DNA of 64,000 bases from a virus. Location of the stretch: the IMG/VR virus record IMGVR_UViG_3300044490_000250, positions 1-64,000 of that record, one strand, 5' to 3'. Below are positions 7,988 through 17,327 of the stretch, in pieces. Below the pieces are notes generated by a model, which worked only from the letters and a program-made list of their open reading frames with translations, had not been told where the DNA came from and searched no databases. The stretch's first letter is position 1; each line of letters opens with the position of its first letter. Position numbers and translations under genes: made by a program.

Positions 7988-10769
7988 CGTGTGCGCGGAC
8001 TGCCCGCTTCGAGACACAACTCGCGTCGGCCCCAGCGGCCCGCCCCGTGCCGACTTGGCGATTGTCGGCCAGAGTCCCGGCGTGGACGAGGCGCGGCAGG
8101 GGCAGCCGTTTGTGGGCGTCTCTGGGCAGCTGCTGCGGGCCGCGCTGAAGCGGCTCAACGTCGACGCGACGCGGGTGTTCATCGCCAACGCCGTCTCCTG
8201 CGGGCCTCCACCAGACGGCTTCGAGTTCGACCACAAGACGGTCGTGGACTGCGCCCGCCGCCACCTGCACCCGGCGCTGTACGGGGTCCAGCCGAAGGTC
8301 ATCCTGACCCTGGGCAACGAGGCGCATGTTGCTCTCCACCACAGCGGGTCCATGTCGGGGGTCGAGCCGGGAGCGGGCCAGATCAGGTTGTGGGGCAAGG
8401 CGCGGACCGTCCGCGGGCTACACCCGGCGGCGGTGCTGCGTCAGCCTGACTTGTTTGGCGCCTTCTTCGCCTGCCTCGATCGGGCGGTTCAACTGGTGCG
8501 AGGGGAGTTCCGCCCCCTCGTGCTCCCTCGGATGCACGGCACCCTCAGCCGCGATGACTGTGTGGCGAAGCTGCGCCAGCTGCTGCAGCGGGGGGCGCCC
8601 GTAGCGTTTGACATCGAGACGCAGGGTGCATCGAAAACGGAAGCGCTCGACGAGTACCGGGGGGCGCTGGTGGGCGTGGCGTTCTCGGACGGCGACCTCT
8701 CCTTCTTTGTTCCGCTGTGCCACGCGGAGGGTGGGTACGGTGACGACGAGGAGCTGGGTGCTCTGCTCCGGCAGGTCCTCACGGAGCTCCCGACCATCAC
8801 GGCCAACGGCAAGTTCGACTGCCGCTGGATCGAGCGCCACCTGGGCTTCCGCCCCAACCTGACGGACGACGTGCTTCCGATGCACCACCTGTTTGACGAG
8901 ACCCGCCCGCACGGGCTGCAGTACATCAGCCGGTGGCTGCTGAACGCCCCGGACTGGAAGGACGAACTGCAGGAGGCGCTGAACGAGCAGGCACCGGAGC
9001 GCAAGGGCAACCACTACGTGGACCTGCAGTTGCTGGGGCAGTACGCGGCACGGGATGCGTACTGCACTTGGCGCTGCTGCGACACCATGCGTAACCACCC
9101 GCGCTTCTTCTCGTTTCTGCACCACTCGCCGATTCCGCTGTACACCGACCTCACACAGCCTTTGCTGAGTGTCCTACTCGACATCGAGACGGCCGGCCTG
9201 CGCGTGGACCGAGAGGCGCTGGCCCCGACGCACGACGCGATGCAGCGGTACATCCAGCAAGCCGACGCCGCCCTGAACGCGGTGGCGTTTGGCGGCGTCT
9301 CGCTCAGCGCCATCCGCCCGCCGATGATCCACAAGCGTCTTCAGCAGCGGGTGGAGCAGGCTCAGGAGAAGCACCCCGACTGGGGGGTGTCGTGGGATGG
9401 GCGGGGCGCCCCCAAGGTGGTCCCCTCCAGCAACAAGGCGAAGTCGGCCGCGAAGTGGTTGGACAAGACCGTGGAGTACATGGCCCCGGAGAACCTGGGC
9501 GGGACCACGTACATGGGCCTCGGCATCCAGCCCAGCAGCGACGCCCAGATGCGCTGGGTGCTGTACGAGTGGCTGGGCCTGTCGGCTCCCAAGAAGACAG
9601 ACAGCGGGGAGCCGAGTGTCGATCGGTTGAGCCTGGGGGAACTACGGGGTGCGCTGCGCCCCGACCCACTCGGGGACCCGGCCGCCTTCGAACGCGACGA
9701 CGCGGCGGTGCGGGTGATCGAGGCGCTGCAGCAACGTCGCAAGATCGCTAAGCTGGACGGCACCTACGTGCTGCGGTTGCTGAACAAGGGTCTCATAAAA
9801 GACGACGGGCGGGTGCATCCCTACTTTGGGTTCGACCCTGACACCGAAACCGTAGCGCGGACGGGGAGGCTCGCCGCACGAGACCCCAACCTGCAAAACC
9901 AGCCCGAGTCGTTGCGCCCACTGTACGTGCCGGAGCCGGGGTGCAAGTTCATCGAGGCGGACTTCGGGCAGATGGAGCTCCGCTGCTTGGCCTCCATCTC
10001 GCGCGATCGACAACTGCTCGACGCGCTGGCCGCGGAGGATGTACACACCGCGGTCACCAGCCAGATATTCGAGGTGCCCTACGAGCAGGTCGACAAGGAC
10101 CTGCGGAAGACCGGCAAGACCATGAACTTCGCCATCCTCTACGGCATGGGTGCGGGGAAGATGGCCACGACGCTGAACATCACGAAGGAGCGGGCGGAGG
10201 CGCTCATCGCGAAGCACCGGCAGCAGTTCCCTGAGGTGAACCGCCTCATTGACTACACGCACCAGCAGGTCAAGGATGTGGGGTTTGTCGTCAGCCCACT
10301 GGGTCGTGTGCGTCGTCTGCCGGCCGCGTTGTTCCTGAAGGACTTGCCTAAACGCTGGGACGATCTCGATGGGAAGGGAGGGCTGTCTGAATGCCTGCGG
10401 CAAGGGTTTAACTCCCTCGTGCAAGGGCTCGCGGCGGACATCACCAACCTCGCGCTGATCCGTTTGTCGCGAGAGATCACGGGGTATAAGGACTGGTGGC
10501 GGATTGTCAACACCGTTCACGACTCGGTGTTGGTGGAAGTTGAGGCGGGGCGGGCGGAGGAGCTGGCGGAGAAGATGCAGGACGTGCTGACCGCGGAGCC
10601 GTACCCTGGTTTCGGGGTTCCGTTGGTGGTGGACGTGACGATCAACGAGCGGTGGGGCGGGGAGCTGCGGCTGGACAACCTGCTACAAGAAGGGGACGAC
10701 GTTGAGGAAGACGAAGAAGAAGACGAAGGTCTCAGTGATGGAGATGCGGGTCACCGCGAGCCGCATTGA
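7980..10769 (+). CDS. polA: Family A DNA polymerase with N-terminal family-4 uracil-DNA glycosylase domain and 3'-5' exonuclease
   Basis: UDG: CxxC, VGQSPG, PFVG, HPAAVLR. Exo: FDIET, NGKFD, YAARD. Pol: TGRL..PNLQN, ADFGQMELR, KTMNFAILYG, VHDS. Confidence 0.95.
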   Translation: MTDVCADCPLRDTTRVGPSGPPRADLAIVGQSPGVDEARQGQPFVGVSGQLLRAALKRLNVDATRVFIANAVSCGPPPDGFEFDHKTVVDCARRHLHPALYGVQPKVILTLGNEAHVALHHSGSMSGVEPGAGQIRLWGKARTVRGLHPAAVLRQPDLFGAFFACLDRAVQLVRGEFRPLVLPRMHGTLSRDDCVAKLRQLLQRGAPVAFDIETQGASKTEALDEYRGALVGVAFSDGDLSFFVPLCHAEGGYGDDEELGALLRQVLTELPTITANGKFDCRWIERHLGFRPNLTDDVLPMHHLFDETRPHGLQYISRWLLNAPDWKDELQEALNEQAPERKGNHYVDLQLLGQYAARDAYCTWRCCDTMRNHPRFFSFLHHSPIPLYTDLTQPLLSVLLDIETAGLRVDREALAPTHDAMQRYIQQADAALNAVAFGGVSLSAIRPPMIHKRLQQRVEQAQEKHPDWGVSWDGRGAPKVVPSSNKAKSAAKWLDKTVEYMAPENLGGTTYMGLGIQPSSDAQMRWVLYEWLGLSAPKKTDSGEPSVDRLSLGELRGALRPDPLGDPAAFERDDAAVRVIEALQQRRKIAKLDGTYVLRLLNKGLIKDDGRVHPYFGFDPDTETVARTGRLAARDPNLQNQPESLRPLYVPEPGCKFIEADFGQMELRCLASISRDRQLLDALAAEDVHTAVTSQIFEVPYEQVDKDLRKTGKTMNFAILYGMGAGKMATTLNITKERAEALIAKHRQQFPEVNRLIDYTHQQVKDVGFVVSPLGRVRRLPAALFLKDLPKRWDDLDGKGGLSECLRQGFNSLVQGLAADITNLALIRLSREITGYKDWWRIVNTVHDSVLVEVEAGRAEELAEKMQDVLTAEPYPGFGVPLVVDVTINERWGGELRLDNLLQEGDDVEEDEEEDEGLSDGDAGHREPH

Positions 10770-10899
10770 GTCGCCCCACGTTGGGTGGCTGCTGCGACGT
10801 GCGGCTGACGAAATTAGTCGCTTGCGAAAGGCCGAGCGTGTCCGATCGCAGGAGGCTAAGCTACGCGCCACCGACCAACTGACGTTCGGCGCTGAGTAG
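10738..10899 (+). CDS. Small hypothetical protein
   Basis: Short ORF overlapping the polA end. Confidence 0.35.
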   Translation: MEMRVTASRIESPHVGWLLRRAADEISRLRKAERVRSQEAKLRATDQLTFGAE

Positions 10900-10966
10900 T
10901 CGAGACGCACCCCGCGCTTTAGCGTGGGTACACGTGCCCCTTGAGTGGGCGTTGGAGGACGGAACC

Positions 10967-11626
10967 ATGCGACGTGGATTCACACTAGTCGAGCTGCTGG
11001 TTGTGATCGCGATTATCGCGATCTTGGCAGCGATCCTGTTTCCCGTGTTCGCGAAGGCGCGCGACAAGGCGAAGGTCCCTTCGTGCGCCAGTAACCTGCA
11101 TCAGGTCGCCCTTGCGATTATGATGTACGTGGAGGACCACGACCGCTTCGGCCCCTATAACGACTGCGGCAACTTCGTCTCAAAGCGCGTCGAAGCCTAC
11201 AGCGCGGCGCGGCAGACCTCAACGCTGTGGTCGTGTCCGTCTGGTGGCTCCTACGCACTCCACCCCTACCGAGGTGGGAAGTGCCGCTCGTCGTCCTGCC
11301 CCAGCGCGCCGCCGTGGAATTACGACTACAACAACTGCGGACGTGTGGTGCACCCCTCTGAGGTAATGCTGATCGCCGACGCGAGCACGAGCATCCCACC
11401 GAAGGCCGAACCTGCCGGGCCCAACTGCTTCATCGATGCGAACGGCAACGGCACTGCCCGACACCTCGGCGTGAACAACATCGCCTACCTGGACGGGCAC
11501 GTTCGTGGTGTCACCCCTGGCGAGATGAGGCGCTCGCTGTCCACCGGAGACGCAGACGCAGACGGTGATGGTCAGCCTGACGGGAAGACCACGGGAGACG
11601 GAGCGTGGTACCGCTGGTACTACTGA
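10967..11626 (+). CDS. Prepilin-type N-terminal cleavage/methylation protein, DUF1559 / H-X9-DG type
   Basis: MRRG^[34 protein letters not shown]; C-terminal [14 protein letters not shown]; GGAGG RBS. Confidence 0.92.
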   Translation: MRRGFTLVELLVVIAIIAILAAILFPVFAKARDKAKVPSCASNLHQVALAIMMYVEDHDRFGPYNDCGNFVSKRVEAYSAARQTSTLWSCPSGGSYALHPYRGGKCRSSSCPSAPPWNYDYNNCGRVVHPSEVMLIADASTSIPPKAEPAGPNCFIDANGNGTARHLGVNNIAYLDGHVRGVTPGEMRRSLSTGDADADGDGQPDGKTTGDGAWYRWYY

Positions 11627-11627
11627 G

Positions 11628-11640
11628 CACACACACACAC
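11628..11640. repeat. (CA)6C microsatellite
   Basis: CACACACACACAC between the pilin stop and the next RBS. Confidence 0.6.
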
Positions 11641-11658
11641 CAAAGGAGACTCGGAGAC

Positions 11659-11898
11659 ATGAACCAGACACAGAAGGCCGTTATCGTCGGAGCCGTTATC
11701 CTCGTGGCGGTGATCCTTGTCGCCGTTCAGGTGCACCATCGGTCTGCCGCGGCGAAGGCCTTGCAGGAACTCGACTCAGCCCCAACTGCCGATGAGGTTC
11801 AGCAGATGACCGTGGACGAGCGCGCCGAACTGAGCGCGCAGCGTCAAGCGGAAGACGCGTTGGCCGGCCCCCCGCCGGGCTCGGAGAAGGGTAGGTAA
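11659..11898 (+). CDS. Small single-TM protein
   Basis: AAGGAG RBS; N-terminal TM helix. Confidence 0.7.
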   Translation: MNQTQKAVIVGAVILVAVILVAVQVHHRSAAAKALQELDSAPTADEVQQMTVDERAELSAQRQAEDALAGPPPGSEKGR

Positions 11899-11901
11899 CC
11901 G

Positions 11902-12885
11902 GTGCATCAGATCGTCCTGCTCGTTGCGACTCTCGTCTCTGCCGACCCGACGCTCTACGGCTGCTACGAGTCGGTCAACCGGTCCATGTACCCGGACCTT
12001 GCGCGTCTGTACTTTCGCGACCAGTACCGTCACGGGATGCGGAACGGGACAGTGAGCGGCAACACCTGCCACGCCTTCGGGCCGAACCAAGTGATCGGCC
12101 TCGCACGGCAGGTTGACATGATGGTGGAGGAGGGGATCGCGACGCCGGGCGCGCCGATGCTGGCGTTGAGCCTGGACCCCAAAGACATCGCGGCGTCGAA
12201 GGCCAGCGCGCGCTACCCGGCGCGCTGGCCTGAGCTGGTCTGCGGCAACGTGGACGAGCCAAACCCGACGCTGATCGGAGCCGTGCGCGCGAACGGGTCG
12301 GCAGCCTGGGCGGCGGGTGTCCGCAGCGGTACAGCGATCGCGGGCTACAACCTCTACCTGGACCCCGAGAGCGTCAAGTACGACGGACACCTTGCCGACT
12401 GGTTGGATATGTGGATCGTGCTGGCGTCAACGTGGCAACCCGACCTGCGCCGGAAGGCGCTGGAGGCGACTGCCGACCTGTGTGCCTACTGGGCGTACCC
12501 GCGCGAGCCCGACCGCGACCGCTACGTGGCCGGGCTGTGGTGCTGGAAGACGAACCCGAAGGTCTTCTACTACTGGGCGTACACACACGACCCGAACACG
12601 GGCATCCTGCCGAACGGCGTCAAGCAGCACGCGAAGGACGACGAGTTCTCGTTCGTGTATCCGTCGCCGACTGGGCCGGTGAGTACCCCGGCGTGGGAAG
12701 CGGCAGCGGAGGGCATTCGGGACCACGAGTTGCTCGACCGGCTGGCGGCGCAGGGCGGGAGTGAGGCATGGCTGTCAGAGCTGGCCGACAGCCTGCCGAC
12801 CGTCTGCCCCGTTCCGCCGAAGCCGGTGCCGTTCACAGACTGGAAGCGGTTGCGACGTGAATGCCTGAGGAGGCTGCACGGATGA
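11902..12885 (+). CDS. Secreted GH123/DUF4091-like glycoside hydrolase homolog
   Basis: Signal-peptide-like N-terminus; VDEP; FYYWAY; STPAWEAAAEGIRDHELL resembles the DUF4091 S.RWE..REG..D motif. Confidence 0.6.
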   Translation: MHQIVLLVATLVSADPTLYGCYESVNRSMYPDLARLYFRDQYRHGMRNGTVSGNTCHAFGPNQVIGLARQVDMMVEEGIATPGAPMLALSLDPKDIAASKASARYPARWPELVCGNVDEPNPTLIGAVRANGSAAWAAGVRSGTAIAGYNLYLDPESVKYDGHLADWLDMWIVLASTWQPDLRRKALEATADLCAYWAYPREPDRDRYVAGLWCWKTNPKVFYYWAYTHDPNTGILPNGVKQHAKDDEFSFVYPSPTGPVSTPAWEAAAEGIRDHELLDRLAAQGGSEAWLSELADSLPTVCPVPPKPVPFTDWKRLRRECLRRLHG

Positions 12886-13934
12886 TCCACTTTGGCTTCT
12901 ACTCTGCCCTGGGCCGGTTCGCCTACCCGTTCCGGTACCGCGAAGTCTACGGACACATGGCCGAGCTCGGCATGACGACCGGCACCGTGGAGGGCGGCTA
13001 CGCGCAACTGTGCCCGCAGGAGCCGCAAGTCGGCATGGTTCTGCAGGTGGAAGCCATGATGGACGCTGGGCTCGCGCGCCCAGGGGAGCCGATGCTGTTC
13101 ATCGCCGACACGGATGTCATTCGGGCCGCCATGCGGGCGAAGGAGCGCAAACTCAAGGAATCGCTGCCCGTGGCCGAGTCCAACCCGAGGCTGATCTACG
13201 ACGCGATGCAGCGGTCAAACCGGCTCCCCTGGCCGGCGCCGGTGTTGCACATCGCCGACGACCCGGCGCCGGTTGCGGGGATGCTCGATTGGCTCGCCCG
13301 CGAGCGCCTCAAGGCGCACAACTGCCACTTCCAGGTCGGCGGGAACCTCGCCGGGTACTTCCTGATGGAGGCGAAGACCGTCCGTGAGGGCGAGCCTCCG
13401 CAGACGCTCGGAGAGCAACTGGACGTGTGGATCGTCACCGCGAAGACGTGGCAGCAGGACACGGCAAAGAACGCCCGCGCCTTCGGCAAGCGCCTCTGGG
13501 CGCTGCACACCGACGGCTCGACCGGCAGCTACGAGAGGATGCGGTACCTGGGCCTGTGGGCCTGGGCCAACGGGCCGGAGCAAGTCCTGGTGTGGTCATG
13601 GACACACACCGCCGAGACGATGGTGCGGTGCGACGGCTCCCTGTGTGTGCCCAAGGACGACCACCACACCTACGCGATCCCGTCGCCGGATGGCTGGCAC
13701 GACACGCCGGGGCTGCTCGGCTACGCACAGGGCGTCAAGGACTGTCGGGCCATCGAGGCCGCAGAGCAGGCCGGGCTCCCGGCGGTCACGGCCTACTTGG
13801 CCGACCTGCGCCGGTCGGTTCCGTTCGCGTTCCCGCGCGAAGGGCGGCCGCTGCCCGCGCCGGAGGTGCGTGGCGAGGCGGTCGTCGCACAACTGGAGAA
13901 GCTGGCGCGCCAAGGACGGAAGAGAGGGGGCTGA
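12882..13934 (+). CDS. Paralog of the preceding GH123/DUF4091-like protein
   Basis: ATGA overlap; collinear motifs HM.E.GM..GTV, ADDP, LDVWIV, GLWAW, VWSWTH, YAQGVKD. Confidence 0.6.
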   Translation: MIHFGFYSALGRFAYPFRYREVYGHMAELGMTTGTVEGGYAQLCPQEPQVGMVLQVEAMMDAGLARPGEPMLFIADTDVIRAAMRAKERKLKESLPVAESNPRLIYDAMQRSNRLPWPAPVLHIADDPAPVAGMLDWLARERLKAHNCHFQVGGNLAGYFLMEAKTVREGEPPQTLGEQLDVWIVTAKTWQQDTAKNARAFGKRLWALHTDGSTGSYERMRYLGLWAWANGPEQVLVWSWTHTAETMVRCDGSLCVPKDDHHTYAIPSPDGWHDTPGLLGYAQGVKDCRAIEAAEQAGLPAVTAYLADLRRSVPFAFPREGRPLPAPEVRGEAVVAQLEKLARQGRKRGG

Positions 13935-13939
13935 GTCCC

Positions 13940-14929
13940 GTGCATCCCGAGCCGCTGCACACACGGTTCCGGTTGTCGCCCTCCGGCCCGGTTCACATCG
14001 GACACGCGGCGTTGGCGTGGCTGTCTCAACAGGCCGCGCGCGCCACAGGCGGGACCTTCACGATCCGCGCGCAGAGCCTGTGGAACTCGCGCAGCGCCGA
14101 GAACTGGAAGAAGTACCAGAAGTGGGCGAAGGAGAACCTGGAGGCGCTGGTCGCCTGCGGCCTCGGGCCGTCTTCGCGCGAGTCGTTCCTCCTGCACGGC
14201 ATGGACCCCCAGTGGGCTCAGCAGCACATGGACGACCGCGCAACGGTCGACTGGTACTGGGAAGGCTGCAACTACGGCATCCCTGGGTTCAGCTTGGCGA
14301 AGCTGTTCGGCGGGTGGCCACCATTGGGCGATGTAGAAGTGGAGGACGACCGGCAAGCCCAGTACCTCGGCCCGCTGGCGCACAGCAGCGTCTACGCACC
14401 CTACGTGCGGATCGCGCAGATCGTGGGGGACATCACTACGGGGCGGAACTGCCTGCTGCGGGGGCAGGACCACTTCCAGGAGAAGGTCTTCGGGGATTAC
14501 TTCTACGCCCTGATCGCCAAGGAGCACTACCGCCTCGGTGATTTCGACCAGAGCGGGAGGTACGCTCCTGTGCAGTATTTCCTGCCCTTCGTGCGGATCG
14601 ACGACGACGCGAAGGTGAGTAGCTCCGACCAGAACACAGGGCGTGGGTTCTTCCTGCGGGACGTACTGGAGGCGGGCGTCCCGAACGAGGCGCTCCACGC
14701 GATGCTCGGCAAGATCATGTTCGGGTCCGTCGAGGCGGCGCAGATCGCCAACGCCACGTGGTCTACGGAGCCGGTCGCCAAGCCCAAGGACGCGACGGGC
14801 GCTGGAGTGTACCGGTACCCGGTGCAGGCCGGCGCCTGCTACGTGGTGGAGAGCCTCATCGTGCGGCAGCCGCGCATCAGCCGCGCCGAGTGGTTGCGTT
14901 TCCTACAGACCAGAGAGGTGCCGGAGTAA
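13940..14929 (+). CDS. Glutamyl-tRNA synthetase catalytic-domain paralog (GluQ-RS-like, degenerate)
   Basis: TRFRLSPSGPVHIGH, GGTFTIR, LLRGQDH, LPFVRIDDDAKVSSS; about 329 aa, no anticodon-binding domain. Confidence 0.8.
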   Translation: MHPEPLHTRFRLSPSGPVHIGHAALAWLSQQAARATGGTFTIRAQSLWNSRSAENWKKYQKWAKENLEALVACGLGPSSRESFLLHGMDPQWAQQHMDDRATVDWYWEGCNYGIPGFSLAKLFGGWPPLGDVEVEDDRQAQYLGPLAHSSVYAPYVRIAQIVGDITTGRNCLLRGQDHFQEKVFGDYFYALIAKEHYRLGDFDQSGRYAPVQYFLPFVRIDDDAKVSSSDQNTGRGFFLRDVLEAGVPNEALHAMLGKIMFGSVEAAQIANATWSTEPVAKPKDATGAGVYRYPVQAGACYVVESLIVRQPRISRAEWLRFLQTREVPE

Positions 14930-15828
14930 TGGTGCTTCGCACATGCCACTACCCCCCAGGGGACTGGCCGTGGACCACGTGGCCCGCCGGCCGGCTGTTT
15001 CTGCTCCCTCTGTGTGTCACCCCAGGGGGAGGTCGGGTGGACGCGCTGGCCCCGGGGGCGTTCGTCCAGCTGATGCGGCGTGGGCTGGAGCAAGACGCGG
15101 CGGTGGCCGCCCAGCCAGACTTACAGTGCATCAGTCGCAGCGACGTGCTCTGCGTACCCTTAGTGCACGAGGTCCTCTCTCGCTCCAGACGTGATTTACT
15201 GCTGGAGGAGCGTGAGGACTACGACGAGACCTGGGGGCTGGTGACGGAGTTGGGGCCGAAGTTGAGGGGCGTGTTGGTGGGGAACCAGCAAGGCAACTCG
15301 GAGTTGTCGTTCCGCCACCAGTACGGAACGTGGAGCGGGGACGCGGCGGGCAACTGCCGTGCCGTTGCCAAGTTCGTGCTAGAGCTCGGTGGACGGCTGC
15401 GCGAGGCGGGCGTGCAGCCGTTCTTCGGGGTCATCAACTGGGACTTGATCCAGGATGCCTACCTGGGCGGCGAGGTTGTGTTGCGCGCGCTGAACAAGGT
15501 GGGAGCCATCAACATCTGTTTTTGTGGGTACGGGCTCGCGCCCGGCGCCTTCATCAAGCCCCACAAGGACCACCCTCAGGACTGTCGGCGCTGGTTGTGT
15601 GAGCTGGAGGGTAGAGGGTGGAGAGACCCAGCGGATGATGAGGCCTTCCCCACCATGAGTCAGTACCTTCGTCGGGGCCAGTTCTGGTCGGGGCTGTGCG
15701 GCACCGAGGGAGTGCGCGCGGGGAACCTCACGATCCTCTCCCAGTTTGGCTTCCAAGGGTACGCCACAAAGGTGGACGAGCCGGCCCGCGACGATCTGGT
15801 GCGGGAGTTCGGTGAGTGGTGGAAATAG
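14929..15828 (+). CDS. Hypothetical protein (possible alpha/beta barrel)
   Basis: TAATG coupling to the GluRS-like gene; 299 aa. Confidence 0.65.
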   Translation: MVLRTCHYPPGDWPWTTWPAGRLFLLPLCVTPGGGRVDALAPGAFVQLMRRGLEQDAAVAAQPDLQCISRSDVLCVPLVHEVLSRSRRDLLLEEREDYDETWGLVTELGPKLRGVLVGNQQGNSELSFRHQYGTWSGDAAGNCRAVAKFVLELGGRLREAGVQPFFGVINWDLIQDAYLGGEVVLRALNKVGAINICFCGYGLAPGAFIKPHKDHPQDCRRWLCELEGRGWRDPADDEAFPTMSQYLRRGQFWSGLCGTEGVRAGNLTILSQFGFQGYATKVDEPARDDLVREFGEWWK

Positions 15829-15858
15829 CGCGTAGCGCAGATACGAGAGATTGAGACG

Positions 15859-16431
15859 ATGCCCCCCGACCCAGACTTCACGAACCCTGAGGCTGAGTAC
15901 CGCTGGCTCACCAGCTTGACGCCTGGGCAACGAACGCCCGATCGGACGACACGGGAGCTGCAGCTGAAGACGCACCTCCTGTCCGAGGCGGCTCGACGGC
16001 TGCACCAGCAGTACGATCTGCCGGCCCTCCAGCGCCTCCCTCCAGACCACGACCTCTGCTACCAGTTGCTGCGCGTGGCGGCGGACGTGCGCCTGCCGGA
16101 AGACCCGGCGATCCTGTCGAGCATGAGCAGCAACCTCTACCTCGAACTCAACAACCTGCGCGCCAACGTCGACTGCTACCGCGCCGCAGCCGCCGAGACA
16201 GCCACTGTGCTGGCCCGGCAGGTGGACATGCTCAAGGCGTTCTGGGCGACGGTCTGTCCGCTCGACGAGAAGTTCCGGCGCGACGCGGTGTTCGAACACG
16301 AGGCCGCGGCCGTCCTGGACATCCAGGCGAAAGCGCAAGCCCTCTCGGCCACCGCCGAGACGGTTCGGTGGTCGTTGCTGAATCACATCACCACGATCGA
16401 TCGTGTGTTGGGGAGGAACAACCGGGACTAA
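15859..16431 (+). CDS. Hypothetical helical protein
   Basis: 190-aa ORF with phage-like codon use. Confidence 0.6.
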   Translation: MPPDPDFTNPEAEYRWLTSLTPGQRTPDRTTRELQLKTHLLSEAARRLHQQYDLPALQRLPPDHDLCYQLLRVAADVRLPEDPAILSSMSSNLYLELNNLRANVDCYRAAAAETATVLARQVDMLKAFWATVCPLDEKFRRDAVFEHEAAAVLDIQAKAQALSATAETVRWSLLNHITTIDRVLGRNNRD

Positions 16432-16447
16432 AAACGTGGCAGCGGCG

Positions 16448-16477
16448 TTGACAATCACGTGGGAATATGCTTATAGC
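16448..16477 (+). promoter_or_regulatory. Sigma70-type promoter
   Basis: TTGACA-N17/18-(T)TATAG(C) with TG; intergenic. Confidence 0.55.
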
Positions 16478-16522
16478 CTAATGGCCCGAAAACAGGGCGA
16501 CACCGCATAAGGAGAAGCACGC

Positions 16523-17326
16523 ATGAGCATGGTAGGTGGAGTGAACATCGGAGGCCAGCCGGAGTACGCAGAGAAGGGACGTAGCCGTTGGCGCTTGAGT
16601 CTGGGGGATGTCGACGGGTCGAAGAGCTACTTTCGGATTCTCACGATCGATCAGGTCCCGGGGCTGAGTGCCATCACCCCCACCGTCCCGCGGTACTACT
16701 ACGCCCACGCCGTTCCGTGGCAGGACCTGGGGCGCAAGAAGGGCCAGTGGCCGATTCCTGTGTACTGCCTCTGCTCCCCCACTGCCCCCAACCCCAAGGG
16801 GGACTGGCCGAAGGACCCGGCGGGGGCGCAGGAGTGCGCGTCCATCGTACTCCCCAGCGGCCGTGGGCTGCACAGCTACGGGGAACCGGACCCGTTCGCG
16901 GTCTTCGCGGTCTACCAGTACACCGACAGCAACACGCCGGTGGAGGAACTTCGCAACTGGTCGTTCAAGGCGACGCAGCACCCCAAGGGGATGATGGAGC
17001 GCTTTCGGGCGCTGTTCCGTGAAAGCGCCGAGAACGGCGGGAACGCGAACAACATGGTCTGGTCGCTGGAGCGGCAGGGCCAGTTCCTCAGCTTGGGGTG
17101 TCAGGTCGCACTCCCCAACTCGAACTACGCTGAGCGCTTCCCGTGGGGCCCGCAGCAGCAGGCCAACGTTGCTCGCTGCGCCCCCGACTGTCTCGCGTGG
17201 TTCCTGCCGAAGCACACCAAGGAGAGCATCCTGGAAGACCTGCGGATCGAAAACAAGGCCGGCGTGACCTACGACGGCGGCACCGGCGGCCCCGGCGCGC
17301 AGTCGACGGTTCAGATGGAGGTGTGA
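16523..17326 (+). CDS. Hypothetical protein, possible ssDNA-binding protein
   Basis: AAGGAG RBS; aromatic-rich; lies upstream of the RecA-like gene (function inferred from position). Confidence 0.5.
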   Translation: MSMVGGVNIGGQPEYAEKGRSRWRLSLGDVDGSKSYFRILTIDQVPGLSAITPTVPRYYYAHAVPWQDLGRKKGQWPIPVYCLCSPTAPNPKGDWPKDPAGAQECASIVLPSGRGLHSYGEPDPFAVFAVYQYTDSNTPVEELRNWSFKATQHPKGMMERFRALFRESAENGGNANNMVWSLERQGQFLSLGCQVALPNSNYAERFPWGPQQQANVARCAPDCLAWFLPKHTKESILEDLRIENKAGVTYDGGTGGPGAQSTVQMEV

Positions 17327-17327
17327 T

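Noticed and set aside
13427-13939. N-terminal 171 aa of the 500-aa ORF
   Set aside because: Overlaps the upstream GH-like gene out of frame; the real start is near 13940 after a G-rich RBS.
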